Of a stretch of 32,000 nt of DNA, positions 27,527 to 32,000 are shown one piece after another (the stretch's first letter is position 1; each line of letters begins with the position of its first letter). The DNA is taken from contig JAUWKS010000005.1 in the NCBI GenBank assembly GCA_030614005.1, forward strand, positions 60,001 to 92,000, given 5' to 3'. Source of the stretch: Candidatus Heimdallarchaeota archaeon (lineage in GTDB: Archaea > Asgardarchaeota > Heimdallarchaeia > JABLTI01). A program made the position numbers and the translations under genes. Under the pieces are notes generated by a model. That model had not been told where the DNA came from. It did not search any database and was given only the letters and a program-made list of their open reading frames with translations.

Positions 27527-29137
27527 ATGAACAATAATACTCGCAAAGAGATATTAGAACAAATTGCAGAAGGAATAATTTCTGCAGATGAAGGTTTTAG
27601 ACTTCTTCAAAAATTTGAACGAGCAGATGCTGAAATTTCACATCTGGTTAACATCAATTCTCATACGCCCGTTTCAACAGATGTTTTTAATGAAATATCT
27701 ACAAACATTGCACCTTATATTAAACCAGAATTTTTGCTTGCATTACGCGAATTTAATTTCGAAGAAGGTATCACTCACTATGAGTTAAAAGAATTCATTT
27801 TGAAAGAGCTCAATAACGATTATCAGAAAGCTATAGCCAAATATGGTTATAAGAAACTCTCCAAGGATGACCTCTACAGTTTTCTAACAAATGGCATCAC
27901 CCCAGAATATTTGTATGAGTTAAAAAGACGTGGCTATTCCGATATTCCAATATCTCAATTGATCAAGATGGGCATTCACAATGTCGAAGTAGATTTTATT
28001 GATGATTTGAAGGACCAAGGTTATGATGGTTTATCTCCAAATCAATTAGTAAAAATGTCTCTACGAGATGTCACACCCGACTTTATTTCTACATTAAAAG
28101 AACTCGGTTATCAAAATCTTTCTGTTAATCAATTAGTGAAACTTCAAAGTGCAGGGATAACTGCCAAATATATTATTGAACTTGAAAAGGCAGGATTTAG
28201 TGAACTTGCCCCCAGTATTTTGTTAAGTTTAATCACTGCAGGTGTAGATAAGGAATTTATCAAAAAAGCACGAAAGGAATTTGGAAAAGATATTCCATTA
28301 AACCAAATCCTGAAAATGAAAAAATATAGTGTAACAGATTCTTTCGTAAAAGAAATGAAAAGTTTGGGTTATGATAATCTCTCACCAAACCGTTTTGTTG
28401 AATTGAAAAAGAGTGGTGTAGATACCGGTCCAATAACAAATTTGGAATCTCTAGGCTACTCCAATATTTCAGTCGATACTTTGTTGGAACTACAAAAACA
28501 TGATGTTTCTATGAACTATATCAATAAAGTTCTTGATGCTGGGTTGAAAGTTAAGGATATTGAAGATTTTATCGAACTTTCAAATCATGATGTTTCACCA
28601 CGGTTTATTGAACATGTAATGAAATTAGATCTAAATATCAAGGATATTGATGACCTAATCGAACTCTCAAGTCATGATGTTTCTATTGAATATATTCAGA
28701 AATTGAAAGATAGAAATATCCAAATAAAAAATATCGATGAATTGGTAGAATTTGCAAGTCATGGCGTTACTCCAGAATATATTAGCAAACTTCAAAATGC
28801 GGGTTTGAAAATCAAAGATTTAGATGAATTGGTTGAATTAGCTAGTCATGATGTATCTCCACAATTTATCATTGATTTACAACAATCTGGTTATGGAAAA
28901 TTTGACATCGATGATATTATAGAATTACATGATAATGGAATAGATGTTAAATTCATGACAAAAATAGCTGAACTCGGGTATTCTAAACTTGATGTTGACC
29001 AACTGATCGAGTTCCATAATCATGATATCGATGCAGCATTCATTCAAGCGCTTAAGAATAAAGGAATAAAAAAACTTACTCCTGATAAACTCATTGAAGC
29101 AAAAGAAAATGATTTATTGAATTTCTTTGATGATTGA
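27527..29137 (+). CDS. N-terminal SHOCT-like domain plus a 29-aa tandem helical-repeat solenoid
   Basis: RKEILEQIAEGIISADEGFRLL resembles a SHOCT-like oligomerisation helix pair. Residues 111-516 are 14 consecutive 29-aa units. GAGGT ribosome-binding motif upstream. Confidence 0.85.
   Translation: MNNNTRKEILEQIAEGIISADEGFRLLQKFERADAEISHLVNINSHTPVSTDVFNEISTNIAPYIKPEFLLALREFNFEEGITHYELKEFILKELNNDYQKAIAKYGYKKLSKDDLYSFLTNGITPEYLYELKRRGYSDIPISQLIKMGIHNVEVDFIDDLKDQGYDGLSPNQLVKMSLRDVTPDFISTLKELGYQNLSVNQLVKLQSAGITAKYIIELEKAGFSELAPSILLSLITAGVDKEFIKKARKEFGKDIPLNQILKMKKYSVTDSFVKEMKSLGYDNLSPNRFVELKKSGVDTGPITNLESLGYSNISVDTLLELQKHDVSMNYINKVLDAGLKVKDIEDFIELSNHDVSPRFIEHVMKLDLNIKDIDDLIELSSHDVSIEYIQKLKDRNIQIKNIDELVEFASHGVTPEYISKLQNAGLKIKDLDELVELASHDVSPQFIIDLQQSGYGKFDIDDIIELHDNGIDVKFMTKIAELGYSKLDVDQLIEFHNHDIDAAFIQALKNKGIKKLTPDKLIEAKENDLLNFFDD
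27770..29134 (+). repeat. 87-bp period coding tandem repeat (14 clear units, 1 degenerate unit, partial ends)
   Basis: Consensus roughly L-S/D-x-D-x-L-I/V-E/K-L-x-x-H-D/G-V-S/T-x-x-F/Y-I-x-x-L-x-x-x-G-Y-x-x. CAT(His) codons fall at 28499, 28586, 28673, 28760 and 28847, an exact 87-bp spacing. Confidence 0.95.
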
Positions 29138-29152
29138 ATGATACTGTAAATG

Positions 29153-29186
29153 AAAAAGGGTTATTAAATTGACTAATCCTTTTTTT
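29153..29186. terminator. Hairpin with T-tract after the solenoid gene
   Basis: aaaaagggtta pairs with taatccttttt (11 bp, one G-U, 10-nt loop) and runs into T-rich sequence. Confidence 0.6.
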
Positions 29187-29281
29187 ACTTTCTTTTTTCC
29201 ACCAAAAGCAATCTTAAAAAAAGTTAATCCTCCCATTATATTAGCTTAATTCCACATTTATGGTATTTCTGCAGATTTCAT

Positions 29282-29435
29282 TCACTCTCTGTTTGAAAAT
29301 CCTAAAATTCTATTACAATGTGGACAAGTATACATAAACACACTATATCTAGTATGTTTTATTAATGGAGTTTCCACATGTTTTTCCCAATAAGGACAAA
29401 GCAGGTGGTTTTTGTTCTGATAGTTTCTTAGACAT
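29282..29435 (-). pseudogene. Small zinc-ribbon gene with a frameshift and a Cys-to-Trp change
   Basis: ATG 29435 MSKKLSEQKPP, one extra base near 29402, then LCPYWEKHVETPLIKHTRYSVFMYTCPHCNRILGFSNRE-stop. Length is 154 nt (3n+1). Not in the ORF track. Confidence 0.6.
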
Positions 29436-29516
29436 ATTTATCAAGAAATTGACTATTTTCTAATTGCATTGTTGATTTGCAGTAATTAAAGGTTTTTTAC
29501 AAAACAACAAACAATT

Positions 29517-30716
29517 TTACTTCTGTAAATCTTCAATAGAATCTATTGTAATTTTCTGTAAACATATAGGGCATTTACCTTGTGTTTTTAACCATTCGAA
29601 GAGATGGGTAAGATGGGCTTTGGATTCACAGAGAGGACATTGACCAATTTCTTGATTTTGTGAAATAGGTAATTTGCAAACAGAACATTTGAGGGTTTCC
29701 TTGTTGCAATTTGAGCAAATTTTCTGAGTTTTAGAAATCGGGCTCATGCAATAATAACATACAAGTCCATTTCTTGCTTCTTTAAAGTTAAATATATTAT
29801 CAATTTCAGCTCTAAATTGAGAATCGCCCAATAACATATTTTGAAGATCTTTCTCTTGTCGTCCTCTTTCGTTTATGATTAAATGTCTCGAGCCACTCTT
29901 ACTATCAAATCGAGCTATCCAAAATAAATGGTAAAAAGTATCAACATTTTCAAATTTGGTTATTTTGAAATCCTTTTTAATTTTCAAAGCATTTCTCATA
30001 CCAAGAAACCATTGCCTTTTGAATTTCTCCACAATGCTATTCTGTATAGCAATCTTACCATTTGCTTCTTTTCTTAATTTTCTCGTTTGGTTTTTGAAAT
30101 CAGTAGCTTGTTGTCTGTATTCTTTGTATTCAGGCGATGATTTATTAGAGGAGTACATTTCAGCATTTTTTTGAGCAATGTCTGCTTTTTGTTGAAGAGT
30201 GTCAGCTTCTGTAAATAATGGTTGCACTTCTTCTCTAGTTTTTTCTAAATCCAATACTAACTCATCATGACGGTGAATATATATTTCAAATAAGCTAGTA
30301 TAAACAATGCTAGGATCTAAAAACTGAATCACGGGTACATTAATAGTATACGAACCTAAAAGGTGCAAAAGCCTTTTTTCCTCTTTTGAATAAATCAATG
30401 TTAATGCTTTTCTTCCTCCTTTATCCAGTAAAAGTTTCTGAACAAAAGGAAATGAAAATTTACCCAACATAAAATTACTTCTTGTATGAATTTTAGTTGA
30501 AGTATCAATAGGAGAATTCTGTTTTGTGTAGCTAATCTCAAATTGCCGTACTGGCCATAACACTGGTTTGAGATAGGTTAATTTTTCAATTATTTTTCTC
30601 TGTAAGAGCCCCCCTTTCTTCCGATGCCTTTCGACTATTTCTTTGATTTTACTTTTCTCTAAATTATTCTGAATAACGCGATAACTCACACGGGAAGGCT
30701 CCTGGAGAAAATTCAT
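29517..30716 (-). CDS. Coiled-coil protein with a C-terminal zinc ribbon and a RING-variant domain (putative E3-like)
   Basis: Helical hairpin at about residues 150-235, CYYC...CSNC, then CSVC-x12-CPLC-x4-H-x2-H-LFEWL-x5-CPIC. Confidence 0.75.
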   Translation of the reverse strand: MNFLQEPSRVSYRVIQNNLEKSKIKEIVERHRKKGGLLQRKIIEKLTYLKPVLWPVRQFEISYTKQNSPIDTSTKIHTRSNFMLGKFSFPFVQKLLLDKGGRKALTLIYSKEEKRLLHLLGSYTINVPVIQFLDPSIVYTSLFEIYIHRHDELVLDLEKTREEVQPLFTEADTLQQKADIAQKNAEMYSSNKSSPEYKEYRQQATDFKNQTRKLRKEANGKIAIQNSIVEKFKRQWFLGMRNALKIKKDFKITKFENVDTFYHLFWIARFDSKSGSRHLIINERGRQEKDLQNMLLGDSQFRAEIDNIFNFKEARNGLVCYYCMSPISKTQKICSNCNKETLKCSVCKLPISQNQEIGQCPLCESKAHLTHLFEWLKTQGKCPICLQKITIDSIEDLQK

Positions 30717-30880
30717 CTTAATATTTTACTTCAGATTGATTTTCAAGTAGAATTAAATGGATATTCATGTTATTTAAACATGATAATACCTCTATTTTGA
30801 AGAAAAAGTGATTTCTTCATTTACTAACTCTTTGTTTAATTACCAACTGTTTTTAAAGCTAATTTGCACTTAATTTCAAT

Positions 30881-31627
30881 ATGGTAAGGATTGATTATTG
30901 TTCGATTTGTGGGAAAATGCTGCATGGGATTGTACGTAATTGTAGTTATTGTGCTAGAACATTGTGTAGGAAACATTGTGTAAATGGATTGTGTCCAGAT
31001 CATCAACATACGATGACAGCTAAACAATCAAAACAACTTGGACAACAAACTAATTCATCAATTTGGTTAATTATATGTGTATGTCCTATTGGATTATTTT
31101 CACTTATGTTTGGTATATTTGGTTTGATTTGGGGGGATGGCTTAATTTTTGGGCTTGTTAGTATGTCAATTTTTGTTGTTGTTATTATTGTAACAGTTCT
31201 AATTCTTAGAAGGAATAGCAGACGTATTGATAACATTCATACTGAAATAAATCAAGATCGACAGCAATTAGTTAGCATTTGTCCAAATTGTGGCGGTCCA
31301 ATTATGGCTAGTAATTCTTCATGTTCGAATTGTGGTACACCTGTTGATTATTTAACATCTCAGCCATTACCCACTCCCCAAAAAATAAGTAATGATCAAG
31401 AACACCACATACCTCCACCTCCTCCTGGTTGGACACCGAATCCACAAATCGACAGAGGTTTACAAGAAATTGTTGATGCAAATCCTGGGTCCAAAATTGA
31501 AGTCACAGGATTTTATGATGAGGCAACAAATTCCGGATTTCATATTTGTAAGCATTGTAACATGAGATTTGAAACCAAAGGTAATACTCGAGAGTGTCCT
31601 TATTGCCGAAAACCATTATATGGTTAA
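30881..31627 (+). CDS. Multi-zinc-finger two-TM membrane protein with a polyproline segment
   Basis: N-terminal C-x2-C-x10-C-x2-C-x4-C-x2-H (AN1-like), two TM helices, CPNC...CSNC, PPPPPGW and C-terminal CKHC...CPYC. Confidence 0.75.
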   Translation: MVRIDYCSICGKMLHGIVRNCSYCARTLCRKHCVNGLCPDHQHTMTAKQSKQLGQQTNSSIWLIICVCPIGLFSLMFGIFGLIWGDGLIFGLVSMSIFVVVIIVTVLILRRNSRRIDNIHTEINQDRQQLVSICPNCGGPIMASNSSCSNCGTPVDYLTSQPLPTPQKISNDQEHHIPPPPPGWTPNPQIDRGLQEIVDANPGSKIEVTGFYDEATNSGFHICKHCNMRFETKGNTRECPYCRKPLYG

Positions 31628-31833
31628 ATCAAATTTCTTTTTCTGTTTTTCTCTCTATTTCTTCTCGTTTTCTCTTTTAATAAATATACAACAAATTACA
31701 AAAAATAGTAAAGTTAATTGAATATGCACAATATCCTATATTCCTAATTTTAAGAAATTCATTCTTTTTGATTTCCATTTTCTAAGAATTGATATATTTC
31801 ATTTAATGGTAGATGATCGGCAATACTGTTTAT

Positions 31834-31998
31834 TTAATATGCTCGTTTAATAACTAGATTTTCAATTAAGAAATCTGCAGGTACTAAGTTCACTTGCCCT
31901 TCCCTTTTGCCAGTTTTAAATCCCTTTTTAATTGCTTTATTCATAGTTTTAGTGAGACCACCCTTAACGTATTTTAGCCAAGATTTCTCTACACCAAA
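31834..31998 (-). CDS. C-terminal 54 aa of a gene starting beyond the right edge
   Basis: Open frame from the edge: FGVEKSWLKYVKGGLTKTMNKAIKKGFKTGKREGQVNLVPADFLIENLVIKRAY-stop. Faint resemblance to TldD/PmbA C-termini only. Confidence 0.5.
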   Translation of the reverse strand, partial: FGVEKSWLKYVKGGLTKTMNKAIKKGFKTGKREGQVNLVPADFLIENLVIKRAY

Positions 31999-32000
31999 TA

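Noticed and set aside
27770-29134. 87-bp periodic DNA repeat as a possible CRISPR array or noncoding repeat
   Set aside because: Units vary at synonymous positions, keep one open frame and have no constant repeat/unique spacer structure; no cas genes are present.
555-31236. Remaining short track ORFs nested in or antisense to larger genes (e.g. 555-752, 679-870, 1639-2001, 4805-4990, 5528-5812, 8155-8358, 13434-13826, 15082-15336, 17207-17467, 22768-23001, 29956-30174, 31003-31236)
   Set aside because: They overlap well-supported genes, lack motifs and have the composition expected of alternative-frame shadows.
31409-31440. PPPGW as the start of a WW domain
   Set aside because: The downstream aromatic pair and second Trp/Pro of a WW domain are absent.
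1-32000. Prophage, IS element, defence island, tRNA or rRNA
   Set aside because: No integrase, transposase, nuclease, methyltransferase, capsid or structured RNA gene signatures were recognised on either strand.

Overview
AT-rich (roughly one-third GC by eye), gene-dense prokaryotic DNA with about 30 CDS and no rRNA, tRNA, CRISPR array, integrase or transposase that I can see. The host is inferred to be an Asgard archaeon (Heimdallarchaeia-like). The basis is TATA-box-like promoters about 25 nt before ATG, GGTG(A)-type ribosome-binding motifs, a tandem Lrp-type regulator, several Zn-ribbon membrane proteins and a RING-variant protein; no marker gene in the window proves it. Recognisable content: the C-terminal part of an S8 subtilase, an HGSNAT/DUF1624-like membrane protein, an NTF2-like protein, a MacB/FtsX-type ABC exporter pair, a GH13 alpha-glucosidase, a TPR protein, two tandem DUF998-like paralogues, a nitroreductase, a divergent Thr/Ser dehydratase versus cyclodeaminase-aminotransferase-hydrolase cluster (EutB/EutC-like), an AIG1/Pr6Pr membrane protein, a class C beta-lactamase-family serine hydrolase with a double-Lrp regulator, an amidase, a frameshifted 2TM-RCK channel-like gene and a QueG-like Fe-S protein. 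Most interesting: (1) a three-HEAT-repeat protein fused to a ~213-aa Lys/Arg/Ser tail resembling histone H1 or protamine-like tails; (2) a SHOCT-like protein with 14 exact-period 29-aa solenoid repeats and a His-Asp ladder; (3) a divergent pair encoding a coiled-coil RING-variant protein and an AN1-like Zn-finger, polyproline membrane protein; (4) a 2TM-RCK protein without the K+ selectivity filter; (5) several gene remnants in apparently intergenic DNA that the ORF track does not show.
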